Below are positions 5,360 to 5,615 of a stretch of 5,615 nt of DNA, piece after piece (within the stretch, counting starts at the first letter, position 1; each line of letters opens with the position of its first letter). The stretch covers positions 1 to 5,615 of the IMG/VR virus record IMGVR_UViG_2606217104_000006. One strand, given 5' to 3'. The DNA is from a virus (Duplodnaviria; Heunggongvirae; Uroviricota; Caudoviricetes). The notes below the pieces were generated by a model. That model did no database searches, was not told where the DNA came from, and was given only the letters and a program-made list of their open reading frames with translations. A program made the position numbers and the translations under genes.

Positions 5360-5615
5360 ATGGGCAAAGGTGGCGGCAAGGCGCACACACCGCGCGAGGC
5401 GAAGGACAATCTCAAATCCACGCAGATGATGAGTGTGATTGATGCGATTGGTGAGGGACCGATAGAAGGCCCGGTGAAAGGCCTGCAGAGTATTCTGGTG
5501 AACAAAACCCCGCTGACGGACACGGACGGTAATCCCGTGATACACGGTGTGACGGCGGTCTGGCGCGCCGGGGAGCAGGAGCAGACACCACCGGAAGGCT
5601 TTGAGTCCTCCGGAG
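5360..5615 (+). CDS. J: Host specificity / tail tip central fibre protein J (lambda gpJ-like), N-terminal 85 codons; continues beyond the window
   Basis: ATG 5360 preceded by AAAGGGTGAG. Translation MGKGGGKAHTPREAKDNLKSTQMMSVIDAIGEGPIEGPVKGLQSILVNKTPLTDTDGNPVIHGVTAVWRAGEQEQTPPEGFESSG closely matches the N-terminus of lambda J as I recall it (MGKG..KGHTPREAKDNLKSTQ...GPIEGPV...RAGEQEQTPPEGFESSG). Open to the window end. Confidence 0.92.
   Translation, partial: MGKGGGKAHTPREAKDNLKSTQMMSVIDAIGEGPIEGPVKGLQSILVNKTPLTDTDGNPVIHGVTAVWRAGEQEQTPPEGFESSG

Noticed and set aside
4994-5545. ORF 4994-5290 (+), ORF 5246-5545 (-), ORF 5305-5523 (-) and a 12-codon ORF starting at ATG 5199 in the I-J spacer
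   Set aside because: The first three overlap I or J in other frames or strands and lack start signals. The 12-codon ORF (MSRQKTLTQRNY) has no ribosome-binding site and is too short to call without conservation evidence.
1-5615. CRISPR arrays, tRNA/rRNA genes, phage attachment site
   Set aside because: No regularly spaced direct repeats, no cloverleaf-like tRNA candidate and no rRNA-like sequence were seen. The prophage ends are not in this window, so att sites cannot be assessed.

Overview
This window looks like the distal tail-gene region of a lambda-like (siphovirus) prophage from an enterobacterium, and it is degraded and mosaic. No database search was run; all calls rest on reading the translations and the DNA. 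From left to right: (1) the 3' end of an IS66-family insertion sequence (transposase C-terminus, inverted repeat ending near nt 626) inserted into the tail tape-measure gene; (2) a continuous chimeric ORF (nt 627-2079) in which a tape-measure N-terminal fragment is fused in frame to the cysteine-rich C-terminal domain of minor tail protein L, implying an internal deletion that removed the rest of the tape measure, gene M and the 5' half of L; (3) an AT-rich cargo module of about 1.7 kb (nt 2088-3796), bracketed by intrinsic terminators, with the same gene order as the phage P22 immI region: a leftward Mnt-like ribbon-helix-helix repressor, back-to-back divergent promoters carrying three evenly spaced CACNGTG palindromes, a rightward 55-aa Arc-like repressor, a P22-Ant-like antirepressor, and a predicted sar-like antisense RNA of about 68 nt with a near-consensus promoter inside the start of the antirepressor gene; (4) lambda-like tail-tip genes K and I (overlapping by 103 bp) and the 5' end of J; (5) an enlarged I-J spacer carrying hairpin terminators on both strands. 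The most interesting element is the immI-like antirepressor switch embedded in the tail cluster of an apparently tail-defective prophage. The immI architecture itself is known from P22; its placement here and the sar-like RNA are the points worth testing.
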